Shown: positions 20,381 to 30,929, numbered from the stretch's first letter. The stretch: DNA of 64,000 nucleotides from Candidatus Poribacteria bacterium (GCA_965222225.1 CBDCTK010000002.1:2880001-2944000), one strand, 5' to 3'. Numbers and translations are program-made. Notes: generated from the letters alone by a model not told the origin.

Positions 20381-21229
20381 TTAGTCACGCCTCAAGGCGG
20401 GGAGCACTTCACTGGTGGCGATCGCAACTAAAATAAGCACAGCCCCGCCAACCTGAATCCATGACAACCGATCGCCGGCTAACAGGTAGCCGAATAACAC
20501 GGCAAAAACCGGCTCCATCGTCAGGATAATAGCAGTTCTGGATGCAGACAAGCGTTGCTGAACGTATGTCTGTAGGGTGAAAGCGGCGGCGGAAGCGAGT
20601 ACGCCAGTGATAAGCAGAGCGAACCATACATGTACGGGTGGGAACGAGGGGCTTTCAAAGAGCAACCATGGTAGTCCGCATAGCAACGCGATTGCAACCA
20701 TCTGCGCCAGCGCCAAAGCGGTTGCATCGTGACGATGGGCGTAATGAGATAGCAGGGCGATGTGTAACCCAAAGCAAGCGGCGCAACCGAGGGTAAGTCC
20801 GTCCCCGATTCGTATCGATTCCGGGCTATCTCCCACGAGCAGGAGTGTTCCTACCAAACATGTTCCCAACGGTAACAGAAGAACGCGATCAATACGGACT
20901 CTAAACAGAATGTAGCTGGCAACTGGTGCGAAGACGACAAACAGCCCGGTAATGAGACCGGAGTTCGTTGGTGTTGTATGGCGTAGACCGTAGGTTTGAA
21001 GCAGGTAACCGCCCGCCAAGCATATACCGATTCCGGCACCGGGGACAAATGTCCCGCGCGTCAGCCGCTTGAATGAAAAAGGACCCAGACACAGCGAGGC
21101 TATAGTGAACCGAAGGGCAAGAAACCCAAGCACGGAGTAAGCCGTGACCGCGTCTCGAACCACGACAAACGTCCACCCCCAAACCACGGTAACGAGAAGG
21201 AGCGATCCCGACAGGAAAAAATTCCCCAT
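20381..21229 (-). CDS. EamA/DMT-family transporter
   Basis: Ten TM helices; WG.TF, RF, GD.L.L and EPVFA motifs. Confidence 0.92.
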   Translation of the reverse strand: MGNFFLSGSLLLVTVVWGWTFVVVRDAVTAYSVLGFLALRFTIASLCLGPFSFKRLTRGTFVPGAGIGICLAGGYLLQTYGLRHTTPTNSGLITGLFVVFAPVASYILFRVRIDRVLLLPLGTCLVGTLLLVGDSPESIRIGDGLTLGCAACFGLHIALLSHYAHRHDATALALAQMVAIALLCGLPWLLFESPSFPPVHVWFALLITGVLASAAAFTLQTYVQQRLSASRTAIILTMEPVFAVLFGYLLAGDRLSWIQVGGAVLILVAIATSEVLPALRRD

Positions 21230-21440
21230 TATTCAGTCACACATTACCTTTGTTCTTGTGTTCTTGTGGATTCGCGTTTGGAGGCTATCTGCCGAGAACG
21301 TGTTGCAATCTCGTTTGCGCGTTAGTGAGCATGTTTTATTGATACTTCAATACATCAGACAGTTTCGAGACTCCCGCTTTTATAGCAATTTTGGTAGGGG
21401 GATGTCAAACTTATAGTGAGGCCCCAGAGCCTTGACGTGC

Positions 21441-21469
21441 TTGCATCTACTTGGAGATGTGGATATAAT
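21441..21469 (+). promoter_or_regulatory. Sigma70-type promoter TTGCAT-N17-TATAAT inside an imperfect inverted repeat
   Basis: Exact spacing; flanking arms GTGCTTGCATCTACTTGGA and TTCAAGTAGACGAGCAC. Confidence 0.55.
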
Positions 21470-21686
21470 ATCTGAGTGATGTTGCGTTTCAAGTAGACGA
21501 GCACTACACCAGCTTTAAGGGGGAGAAAAGTGGGTTACTTCCTTTCCCGATCTTGGCGTGGAAGTTACTTCCGAATTGGCTAACCAAGATATAGGTTTTT
21601 CCTGTATGTTTTTATGAGATGAAGGTATGAGCTAGATTAATGGGAAATGGTATTACCATCAATTACAATCCGCAAGGAGAGATTCA

Positions 21687-22904
21687 TTGACATATCAAGT
21701 AGAACGAAAGTCTTTAAGAAGTTGGAACAAGATTGACAGATTCCTTCTGCATTCTGTTGGTTGTTTAATCTTGGTCGCGGCAATCTTGACACTGTGTAGC
21801 GGGTGTGAGGAGGTTCAACGTGTCCTCACATCGTTGCCGGATGGAGACGAAGATGCCATCAAAATCGGCTTTATTTATAGTAGCGCGAACCGGAGCCACA
21901 GCCTGAACGGCGCGGAACTGGCGGAACGAAAACTGAATGCAGAGGGCGGCGTGCACGGCACCTCAATCAAAGTAATAGCGCGCGGCAACATAACCGGCAA
22001 TGAGCATGCCGCGGAGATAGCTGAAGCATTGATTACCGAGGAGGGAGTATCAGCCATCATTGGTCCCAATCTATCGCGTTATGCCGTGCCCATCGGGGAG
22101 GTTGCCCAACAGCACGGAATACCGATGGTGACCACCACTGCCACCAACCCAACCGTCACTGCTGCGGGCGATTTCGTGTTTATGTCGGCGTTCACGGACG
22201 ACTTTCAGGGAAAGGTCATGGCTCAGTTCGCCTCGCAAGACCTAAAAGCAAAGACAGCGGCAGCCCTCACACGCAGAGAATCGCTTTATTCGGAGGGATT
22301 ATCCCAAACCTTTATTGACAACTTTGCAGCTTTCGGCGGCGAAGTCGTGCATGCGGAATTTTACGCGAGGGGAGACACCGATTTTACGACGCAATTGACG
22401 GCAATCGCTGAATCGGCGCCGGATGTCGTTTTTCTGCCGGGGTTCTCCGCCGAAATCCCGATAGTAGTTGAACAGGCGCGAACGCTCGGCATTACGGGAA
22501 TCCTCCTCGGCGGCGACAGTTGGGACAGTGCGGCGTTGATTGCCCAAAGTGGAGAGATTCTTGAGGGAAGTTATTTTTCTACGTTCTTCTGGGCGGACGT
22601 TCCACCGGGGTCGTTGAGCAAGGACGCTCACCAGTTTATCGATACCTATACCTTAATCTTTGGCGTCCCGCCCGGTGGCGGGGCTGCGCTCGGATATGAT
22701 GCCCTTAGGCTGACGGTTCAGGCGATGCGTCGAGCGCCCGAATTGACACCTACGGAGATCCGCGACCAGATTGCAGCCACCAAGAACTACAGCGGCGCGA
22801 CATTTATCTCCGGCTACGATCGGAACCGGCACGCGGCGAAAAGCGCTTTCATCAACCGCATTATTAACGGCGAAGCGAAGTTCCATAAACTGATTCAGCC
22901 GTAA
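21687..22904 (+). CDS. Branched-chain amino acid-type ABC substrate-binding lipoprotein (LivJ-like)
   Basis: Lipobox SGC; IKIG, N..GGV.G, AT.P.VT.AGDFVF, DF..QLT.I and ALGYDA motifs. Confidence 0.88.
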   Translation: MTYQVERKSLRSWNKIDRFLLHSVGCLILVAAILTLCSGCEEVQRVLTSLPDGDEDAIKIGFIYSSANRSHSLNGAELAERKLNAEGGVHGTSIKVIARGNITGNEHAAEIAEALITEEGVSAIIGPNLSRYAVPIGEVAQQHGIPMVTTTATNPTVTAAGDFVFMSAFTDDFQGKVMAQFASQDLKAKTAAALTRRESLYSEGLSQTFIDNFAAFGGEVVHAEFYARGDTDFTTQLTAIAESAPDVVFLPGFSAEIPIVVEQARTLGITGILLGGDSWDSAALIAQSGEILEGSYFSTFFWADVPPGSLSKDAHQFIDTYTLIFGVPPGGGAALGYDALRLTVQAMRRAPELTPTEIRDQIAATKNYSGATFISGYDRNRHAAKSAFINRIINGEAKFHKLIQP

Positions 22905-23007
22905 TTACAATCCCGATTATTATTGTTTGAGGAATACTCTGTTAATTCTTGAGTTTTGAACAATCCTGTTTGACTTCATCATTCATTCGGAAGGAGAAAT
23001 AATCGAC

Positions 23008-23844
23008 GTGAGTGAGCAAAAAAACGATGCGACATATACGATGGGACGCACCAAAGAGGAGACAGATCGGCTAATACAGCAGTCAGGACTGTACGACGAC
23101 GTGACGAAACGTTTTCTCGGGGAAGCCGGTCTGTTCAGCGGGATGAAAGTCCTTGATATTGGGAGCGGCGCCGGAGATGTTGCGATGGCTGCGGCTGAAC
23201 TCGTTGGCGATGACGGGGAAGTTATCGGCGTGGATATGAACGCCGAGATTCTCGAAACTGCCCGAGCACGGGCGCAGGGCGCGGGATTCGCAAACATCCA
23301 GTTCCTGGCAGGTGACTCGCGAACGCTAGACCTTCCCAACGACTTCGACGCCCTTATCGGACGTCTCGTCCTGATGTATATGGCGGATCCTGCAGATGCC
23401 TTGAGAGAGCTTAAAACGCGCCTGCGCCCCGGGGCTATCGTTGCTTTTCAGGAGGTTGATTTCACATCCATCTCGGCGTTTTATGCAGATCATACCCCCT
23501 TGATGAACAACCTAGCCTCGTGGGCTGTTGAGGTCTTTAAGCGTTCAGGGGCGCATACCGGAATGGGTTTGGACCTCTACGGTACTTTTATGGATGCCGG
23601 TTTGCCGGAACCTGCTCTACAATATACAGCGCCGATGGGCGGCCCGGAGGCGTGGGGCGGTTACCAATTCGTCGCCAACAGTTTCCGCAGTATTCTCCCG
23701 CTTATGGAAGCCTACGGGATTGTGACCGCGGAAGAGGTCGATATAGAGACACTTCCCCAGCGACTTCGAGGCGAGGTTGTTTCGTCGAAGCGCCCGATTC
23801 TCTTGCCGCCGCATGTGACGGCTTGGGCACAACTTCCATCGTAG
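23008..23844 (+). CDS. Class I SAM-dependent methyltransferase
   Basis: VLDIGSGAGD, GVD, FDA.IGRLVL and LRPG motifs; AAGGAG RBS. Confidence 0.92.
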   Translation: MSEQKNDATYTMGRTKEETDRLIQQSGLYDDVTKRFLGEAGLFSGMKVLDIGSGAGDVAMAAAELVGDDGEVIGVDMNAEILETARARAQGAGFANIQFLAGDSRTLDLPNDFDALIGRLVLMYMADPADALRELKTRLRPGAIVAFQEVDFTSISAFYADHTPLMNNLASWAVEVFKRSGAHTGMGLDLYGTFMDAGLPEPALQYTAPMGGPEAWGGYQFVANSFRSILPLMEAYGIVTAEEVDIETLPQRLRGEVVSSKRPILLPPHVTAWAQLPS

Positions 23845-23905
23845 AATGAATGGTTAATTTACGGATTGAAACGACATGAAAAAATTGAGGGAGAAGGAAC
23901 TCTAA

Positions 23906-25126
23906 ATGACAAATCAACGTATTCGACTGAACGAACACGGATTCATCGGCTGGTTTTGGATACCGCTATTACTTTTGGGTTTCGTGTTTGCAGGGTGTGA
24001 CCAACTCCAACAGTTGCTCGCTCCATTGCTGAGCGAAGATGATGAAACGATTAAAATCGGCTTTATCTATACAACACCGAACCGAATCAACAGCCGTTAC
24101 GGCGCGGAATTGGCGACGAACGAGTTGAACGAAGAGGGAGGAGTACGGGGTACGCCGATAGAGCTCATCGCTCACGGCATACCAACACAGCGCCTTATCA
24201 GCGAGAACATCAGCGATACCGAGTACGTCGCGGGAATAGCAGAAGAGTTGATTACCGGGGAAGGAGTAACGGCAATCGCAGGGCCCAACCGTTCGACCCA
24301 TGCCGTTATCGTTGGGGAGATTGCTCAACGCCACGGGATACCGATGATAACCACAGGTGCGACCAACCCGTCCGTTACCGCCGCCGGTGACTTCGTATTC
24401 ATGGCAGCTTTCACCGACGACTTTCAGGGCAAAGTGATGGCTCAGTTTGCCGTCCAAGATTTGGAAGCCAAATTCGCAGCGGTTCTCACGCATGCGGGAG
24501 ATGTCTATTCGGAGGGCTTATCAAAGACCTTCATCGCCAACTTTACCGCTTATGGCGGCGAGGTCGTGGCTGAACAGTTTTACATGGCGGGCGACACCGA
24601 TTTCACCGCCCAGTTAACCGCAATTGCCGAAGCTGTGCCGGACGTAATCTTTAGCACCGGTTTCATCCCCGAAGTCCCGCTGGCGGTTCGGCAGGCGAGG
24701 GATGAGATTGGCATTACAGCAACCTTCCTCGGCGGCGATAGTTGGGATAACCCGGCGTTGCTTCCCGAAGGCGGGGCGGCGGTCGACGGGAGTTTCTTTA
24801 GTAGTCCCTTCTCTGTCAAAGCTGATCCGGGCGACTTGGGTGAAGATGCCCATCAATTTGTTAGCGCCTACACCGGGATGTTTAATGAAGTGCCCGATGG
24901 CGGGGCTGCGCTGGGATATGACGCCATACGGCTGCTGGTTCAGGCAATGCGCCGAGCGTCCGACTTGACGCCAACAGCGATTCGCGACCAGATTGCAGCG
25001 ACCGACAACTACAGCGGAGCAACCCTCATCCTGGGCTATGATAAGAACCGCCACACCGCCAAGAGTGCGGCAATCAACCGTGTCGTTGATGGCGAAGTTC
25101 AGTTCTACAAACTAATCCAGCCGTAG
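23906..25126 (+). CDS. LivJ-like ABC substrate-binding lipoprotein, paralog of 21687..22904
   Basis: Lipobox FAGC; long near-identical blocks shared with the upstream paralog (FTDDFQGKVMAQFA, GGAALGYDA). Confidence 0.88.
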   Translation: MTNQRIRLNEHGFIGWFWIPLLLLGFVFAGCDQLQQLLAPLLSEDDETIKIGFIYTTPNRINSRYGAELATNELNEEGGVRGTPIELIAHGIPTQRLISENISDTEYVAGIAEELITGEGVTAIAGPNRSTHAVIVGEIAQRHGIPMITTGATNPSVTAAGDFVFMAAFTDDFQGKVMAQFAVQDLEAKFAAVLTHAGDVYSEGLSKTFIANFTAYGGEVVAEQFYMAGDTDFTAQLTAIAEAVPDVIFSTGFIPEVPLAVRQARDEIGITATFLGGDSWDNPALLPEGGAAVDGSFFSSPFSVKADPGDLGEDAHQFVSAYTGMFNEVPDGGAALGYDAIRLLVQAMRRASDLTPTAIRDQIAATDNYSGATLILGYDKNRHTAKSAAINRVVDGEVQFYKLIQP

Positions 25127-25234
25127 CTAATGCACAGACTACGTAGCGTTCAGGGGTTCTGGTACGAACCCCTGAATCCGGCGAAATCGGAATCAAAGCG
25201 CCCGTAACGAATCAAGTAGTAAACGTGGGCGAGG

Positions 25235-25269
25235 GATCTCTATCGCCCTCCCTATCCGGTCGGTGGATC
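25235..25269. repeat. 35-nt structured element, family A (leftmost copy; see findings)
   Basis: GATCTCTATCGCCCTCCCTATCCGGTCGGTGGATC. Confidence 0.8.
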
Positions 25270-25390
25270 CTCCGGTTTTATCCAATCCGCCGTGCCATTA
25301 ATCAAACTACCCTCCCAACGAACCAAGCCAAGACTCCAACCTCCGAACTCGTCATTTCAAATTCTTTCTACATTTTTTTCTTTCGAGCAT

Positions 25391-25417
25391 AACCTCCAAC
25401 CTATACAGGGTGTCTAA
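25391..25417 (+). promoter_or_regulatory. Candidate ECF autoregulatory promoter AACCT-N16-GTCTAA
   Basis: Lies directly upstream of the ECF sigma gene and resembles AAC/GTC ECF promoters. Confidence 0.4.
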
Positions 25418-25445
25418 TTAGTAGTTTCACCGATGCTTTCATTCT

Positions 25446-27221
25446 TTGGATCTGGTGGGTGCTATGTATTCAGCCGACGAAAAGTTAGTGTCCCAAACAC
25501 TCGCGGGCGATCGTGATGCCTTCGGCGTGCTGATGCACAAATATCAGGAAATGGTCTACGCCTACGCCTTTCAGAAGGTGAGGAATGAGGCTGATGCCCA
25601 GGACATCACGCAAGAAATCTTCCTGCAAGCATACCGTCATCTTTATCAACTCCGGCACCCGCATCTCTTCCGAAGCTGGCTGTATACAGTCATGTCCAAC
25701 GAGTGCAAGCGCTGGTTGGTGCGAGTCACGAAAAGACGTCGACGCGAGATTGTCTTGGAGGAGGCTGGGGACGAAACGTCACTCATTGAACCTGCCCATG
25801 ACGTACCCGTAGAAGGCTGGCAGGTAGATCTTGAGCAGGCAATCTCCGCGCTCTCTGACGAAAATCGGGTCGCCGTGTCGATGTTCTATATGGGTGATTG
25901 TACGCTGAAGGAAATCTCCGAATTCCTCGGTGTCTCCGTGAACACCGTCAAGGGTAAGTTGCATCGTGCCCGTCAGCAACTTGGGGCTGCTATGTCCCAA
26001 CACTACGGCAGGCTGTTGAAAAGCCACAAACTCAAAGGAGGTTTTCTCATGCAAATCATGGAACAGATTCGCTATATACCCGCGCCAGCAACGGGATTCG
26101 CGTGGAGTGGTGCAACTATCGGCAAGACCGTCTTTTCGCTGATTGCGGCACTGTGCATATTAATTGAACTTATTGGCGGACGAAACGATTCGCTGACAGA
26201 GTTGCCACTGAATCAAACCGAGGTAGCGCCAGCAGGCACAAGCAGATGGCCGATCGAGGTCGCCCTTCTTGCGTCCGTTCCTTACTCCACGCGCTCATCC
26301 ATTACGGGCATTCCGGAGCCGACGGGAAAGCGACCACTGGCTGCCTCCAACCGTGCCTCAACAGTGCCGAGGCGCAACTCGACTAACGGAGCGCCAATGC
26401 CACACGGTGGAGGTGCAGAAAACCCTAACGCACAATTCTCGGCTGCCATGGCAGAATACGCCGCCGAAAAGCTAACCTATTCCGGTCGTGTTGTCAACGT
26501 TGACGGTGAGCCGGTCGAGGGGGCGGAGATTCTATACGCCGTAAATTGGAGGCGCACCAAACTCGGTACACGCACGACGGCGGATGGTGCATTCCGTTTT
26601 GAGGTGCCGCGTCCGCAGCCTAGGAAGTGGGAGGGCCGCTTAGATATCGTTGTTACCCACTCTGATTACGCGAACTTGTGGAGGAAGCTGTCCCTCAAAG
26701 ACACGGAGAATGTTGAAATTCAACTCGACGCGCCGGGAACCATCGCCGGGAGAGTTATGAACGAATTAGGCGAACCAATACCGAGCGCGGAAGCCACGAT
26801 CCAGTTCACGGTAGGTGGAGATGCTTTGTCGCCCCGAATTGGGGACTACGAGGATTATACGATGTTGGAGATCTTTCATCGCACGCCTCCCGCCAAGACC
26901 GATGAAAACGGTGAATTTGCGTTCCGCAATCTGCCAACACGAGCGACCACGGTGCTTTATGTGCAAGGTCCCGGATACGCCAAGACGAAACGCATCTTTG
27001 TGCCGGTCGGCAGGCAAGACCTTGAGTTCCGGTTAAAGCACGAGGCACGCATTGAGGGACGCCTCAGTTACGCCGAAACAGGTGAACCTGTGGCGAACGC
27101 GAAGGTGGACGACCGGAGCGCCGCTCCGCATGATGACTGGTGGAGGGCAAGTGTTGATGAGAACGGGGATTTCGTCGTGAAGAATCTCGATCCCGGTACT
27201 TATACCATTTCGCTTGAATAA
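25446..27221 (+). CDS. ECF sigma-70 factor fused to a TM segment and carboxypeptidase-regulatory-like beta-sandwich repeats
   Basis: DAQDITQEIFL.AY, FRSWLY and EIS..LG.SVNTVK..LHRAR sigma motifs, then GRV....GEPV.GA / TD..GEF.F repeats. Likely start is ATG 25464; the C-terminus may be truncated. Confidence 0.9.
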   Translation: MDLVGAMYSADEKLVSQTLAGDRDAFGVLMHKYQEMVYAYAFQKVRNEADAQDITQEIFLQAYRHLYQLRHPHLFRSWLYTVMSNECKRWLVRVTKRRRREIVLEEAGDETSLIEPAHDVPVEGWQVDLEQAISALSDENRVAVSMFYMGDCTLKEISEFLGVSVNTVKGKLHRARQQLGAAMSQHYGRLLKSHKLKGGFLMQIMEQIRYIPAPATGFAWSGATIGKTVFSLIAALCILIELIGGRNDSLTELPLNQTEVAPAGTSRWPIEVALLASVPYSTRSSITGIPEPTGKRPLAASNRASTVPRRNSTNGAPMPHGGGAENPNAQFSAAMAEYAAEKLTYSGRVVNVDGEPVEGAEILYAVNWRRTKLGTRTTADGAFRFEVPRPQPRKWEGRLDIVVTHSDYANLWRKLSLKDTENVEIQLDAPGTIAGRVMNELGEPIPSAEATIQFTVGGDALSPRIGDYEDYTMLEIFHRTPPAKTDENGEFAFRNLPTRATTVLYVQGPGYAKTKRIFVPVGRQDLEFRLKHEARIEGRLSYAETGEPVANAKVDDRSAAPHDDWWRASVDENGDFVVKNLDPGTYTISLE

Positions 27222-27261
27222 TAGTGCATATGATGTCTCAATTATATCGTCCATTTTCTCT

Positions 27262-27610
27262 GTAGGAGGGAATCAAGCGAGTGAATACCGAATGATCAAC
27301 TGAGCGATTAGCGAAGGCGATAAAGATCCCCTTGCCCCGCCGAATTTGCACGGAGACAAGGTTGATTATTTCGCTCCAAGCAAGTCTCTTCACTTAATCC
27401 ACGTAATCAATGCACTTCCATTTTATAGAAAAGGTATTATTATCTATTCGCTTGCTCCCACCCCTGTGCAGGTAGGAGCGATCTCCGAATCGCGACCTGT
27501 CGGGAATCGGAAGGGATTTCTATCGCACTCGCTATCCACTCGCTTGATTCCTCCTACCAAATACACACGCCGTAAGGCATCTCTATCGGGATTAGCTATC
27601 TCCCTTGCTG
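27262..27610. repeat. REP hairpins carrying inserted family-A elements
   Basis: GTAGGAGCGATCTCCGAATCGCGAC and GTCGGGAATCGG..CCTCCTAC REP pair; family-A copies at 27294-27328 and 27515-27549. Confidence 0.7.
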
Positions 27611-27750
27611 CTCACTCTGTTGATCGTTCGGTTGATTCTCAACGGTTGACACCACCGCGGGTTCGTGTTATTTTTGGAGACGTGATTCGCAAACAATCCG
27701 ACAGATAGAAAGTCGCGTCCGCAGACTGCGGCAAGCCCGGAGCGTGGAAA

Positions 27751-28050
27751 ATGAGAGACGAAGATAAATCCCAAGTGCAACTCATCAAGGAATTGCAACT
27801 CATTCGTCAGTGCGTGGCGGAATTAGAGCAGGACAAAGTCGAATACCAGCGGCTAATGAAGCAGCTATTGCTCGAAAACGATGAGTCGGTTAGGGAGTAT
27901 TTCGACATTTACTTCCATGCCCAAGATATCATTGTCTCGGTTGATGTGGAGACGGAAAAAGTGCTCAAGTGCAATATGGCTATGATGGAAGTACTGGGCT
28001 ACAGCAGAGCGGAGATTGTTGGACATCCGATCTTTAAGTTAGGGACTTAG
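27751..28050 (+). pseudogene. N-terminal fragment of a PAS-domain sensor protein, truncated by IS1595
   Basis: MRDEDKS..QLI.EL coiled-coil, then a PAS start (N.A...LGYS..E.VG); the frame ends inside the IS terminal repeat. Confidence 0.75.
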
Positions 28051-29289
28051 TAGTTAACTGCTTTTTGGTCGATTTGCTTGCTTTTCTCTTCTTAATGTAC
28101 AATAACTTTAGACAGTGTTCGGAATCTTGATTCACACTAAAATACATCTCTATAAGAGAGAAATGGAGGCATATCATGTTGACCAAGCGTTTGTACATGC
28201 TCGCGGGAGCATTGCGGGTTATCTGCGGGATTTTAATTTCCAACACTATGGGATTTTCAGCACACCATGATGTTGTCGTTGACAGAATATACCGATAGCC
28301 AAACAATTCATGTGGCTCAGGTGAAGCATTCATCAAAAAATCTTATGAAAATCTCATCATCTTTTCTGCGATTATATTTCCAGCAAGACTCCATGATATA
28401 CAGTGGCAGCCACTTCTTGCTGTAGTGATGATGCGTTCCGTAGAATGACCTCTTGACACAAGCCCAAAACGACTCGATGGTGTTGGTGTGAGTTACGCCG
28501 TCCTCAGAAACATATCTCTCTTGGTGATGGATAACATGTCTTTCGATATCTTCGTCCAGACTATTGTAAGAGCGAAATTCATCAGTCATAAGAATAGACT
28601 CATCGGGTGAGACATTGCTAAGGATGAATTCTCTGATATTTTCACCAGATAGAACCTTCATGAATTTAGCAACCACCCGACCGCCTCTCTCGACTACGCC
28701 GATGACGGGAGATTTATTTGTGCCTCTACCTCTCTTAGATTTTGCTCTGGGTTTGCCGCCGACATAGGTTTCGTCCGCTTCAACTATCCCTTTCAGCAAT
28801 TCATCACTATCACTCATTTTCTCACGGAGGCGCATTGCCATATACCAAGCGGACTTTTGATTCATGTCCAAGTCACGAGCAAGCTGACAACTCGATATGC
28901 TTTTCTTGGCATTGGAAAGAATTGAGATAGCCAAAAACCATTTCTGGAGAGGTATCTTGGTACCATGGAAGATGGTTCCTGCTGTAGCCGAAAAGCTAGA
29001 TTCACAATCGTAGCAATTCCAACCAGTAGTAATGTCGTTTTTGTTCTTGCGTCCAACTTTTTCACTGCCACAGTGGATACAGCAAACACCGTCCTTCCAA
29101 CGTTTTTCCTCTATAAATCTGAGACAAGATTCTTGATTTGGAAACTCTTTCATAAGATTCAAAATGTCCATAGCAAACTCCTACGAGAAGAATAGTCACT
29201 ATGGACATCTACGTGTGACGAAAAGATTTACGACAGGGTACCAAGTTTTATGTTTGTCGTCAGTCTAAAAGCTACAAGCTACTAATTCC
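28043..29289 (-). mobile_element. IS1595-family insertion sequence
   Basis: Imperfect TIRs GGACTTAGTAGTT and GGAATTAGTAGCT; AT-rich; contains the transposase; no matching target-site duplication. Confidence 0.8.
28317..29171 (-). CDS. IS1595-family (ISXO2-like) transposase
   Basis: Zn ribbon C..CGS...C.DC, GTIFH.TKIPL.KWF.AI, VEADETYVGG, MTDE..SY and HTNTIESFW motifs. Confidence 0.96.
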   Translation of the reverse strand: MDILNLMKEFPNQESCLRFIEEKRWKDGVCCIHCGSEKVGRKNKNDITTGWNCYDCESSFSATAGTIFHGTKIPLQKWFLAISILSNAKKSISSCQLARDLDMNQKSAWYMAMRLREKMSDSDELLKGIVEADETYVGGKPRAKSKRGRGTNKSPVIGVVERGGRVVAKFMKVLSGENIREFILSNVSPDESILMTDEFRSYNSLDEDIERHVIHHQERYVSEDGVTHTNTIESFWACVKRSFYGTHHHYSKKWLPLYIMESCWKYNRRKDDEIFIRFFDECFT

Positions 29290-29290
29290 G

Positions 29291-30929
29291 TTGATTATTC
29301 TGGATAATCATATTACCGATCTCCGTCCGCTTTCTAACCTTACAGAACTTGTTGAACTCAATGCACGAGATAATCCCATATCCGATGTGTCTCCCGTATC
29401 CAACTTGCGTAAACTGAAGTACCTCGATTTGAGCCGATGTAATATCGTTGATTTGCAACCACTTGCAGACCTCACACAGTTACACGTGTTGCAACTAAAT
29501 CACAACAACATTGTGGATATACGACCGCTTGCTTCGCTGACGAGGCCCTATAAACTTGAATTACAGCACAACATTATCACCGATTTTAGTCCGGTTTCCC
29601 ATCTCGCACTCGACACATTCTATTTCGATCAATATTGCATTTTACCGCGTCTGCCGCTCTTACCCCGTTTAACCGGGATGACCTTCTCTACCGTATTTAT
29701 GCCTACGTGGTTCATGCCTCACGATTCCGGCAGCCATATGCCTTTTAGTCCCGCAGACCAGTTTTTTGACATGGCCTATCGTTCTGCCGACAGTCAATTA
29801 GTTTCAGATAATCTCTATAATTCTATTGCAATCCGTGACGCCATCATCGCAAATAATCCTACTACAGTTTTTCTCGCCTACCTCCCTTGGCACAAAGCAT
29901 ATTTTACCCAATTACCCAAACATTCCATGTTATGGGCTCGCAACATCAGCGGCGAATTGCTCCTTCAAGATTTCGCCACCGGCGCCTATCTCGATTACAC
30001 CAACCCACTCGCGCGAGCCCTTGTCGTTAAAATGGCATCTGACATCGATAAATGCGGACTATACGACGGCATTGTACTCGACGCCTGGGGCTACGATTTG
30101 TTGCCGACGGATGTTTACAGTTCCGAATCGCAAACAGCCGCCCGCCTCGCTCTCGTAAAAGAAATTCGTGCCGCCACACGCCCAAATTTTTTAATACAAG
30201 TCAATTCGAATAGAAATCGTATCCCCGACACAGCACTGTATATCAACGGTCTCTCAATGGAAACCGGCATTCCCGGTTGGTTTGATGAGACCGACGTGCA
30301 TCTCGCCCTGCGTGAAACTGCACACGCACTACTTTGGGCTGAATCTAACCTTCGTTATCCACAAATAAACGGTGTGGTTGGTTGGGCTATACTCAGTCAA
30401 TCTCCCCACAGCCTCGAAAATCAACGTTGGATGCGTCTTCTTACAGCTTTAACGCTTACTCATTCTAACGGCTTTACGTTGTACCAGCACGGTCCAAATA
30501 CCTGGTATGACTTTTGGGATGCGGACTTAGGGCGTCCAGTGGGGGAGAAGGCACAGGTGTACGAGGGGCGATCAAGCGAGGGGACAGCGAGTGCGATAGA
30601 GATCCCAGGGCTTTATTCGCGAGTACACGAATGGATGGGCAGTGTACAATCATAGCGGGGCGCCACAGGTCATCACATTGCCGGAGGAGGTGCAGGGGGT
30701 AGCCAGCGGACTAGTAAACGTAGAGCATGCGCTGCCGAACCTCGACGGCGAGATGTATTTGCGGGTGACGCCGAAGAATCCGGCGGATGTGAACGGGGAC
30801 GGGGTGGTGAATATTTTGGACTTAACGCTGGTGGCGCAGGGATTTGGGACGGATAGTTTGAAGGGGGATGTGAATGGGGATGGGGTGGTGAATGTGTTTG
30901 ATTTGGTGTTTGTGGCGAACCAGTTCTGA
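29291..30929 (+). pseudogene. LRR / putative glycoside hydrolase-like / dockerin protein, 5'-truncated by the IS and frameshifted near 30616
   Basis: Begins mid-LRR at the IS end; close paralog of 58583..61024; 'CTTTATTCGC' lacks 2 nt relative to GLYIRE; frame resumes in ORF 30642..30929 with the dockerin DVNGDGVVNILDL. Confidence 0.85.

Noticed and set aside
28034-28336. Passenger ORF inside IS1595
   Set aside because: It overlaps the transposase end and the terminal repeat, and has no recognisable features.
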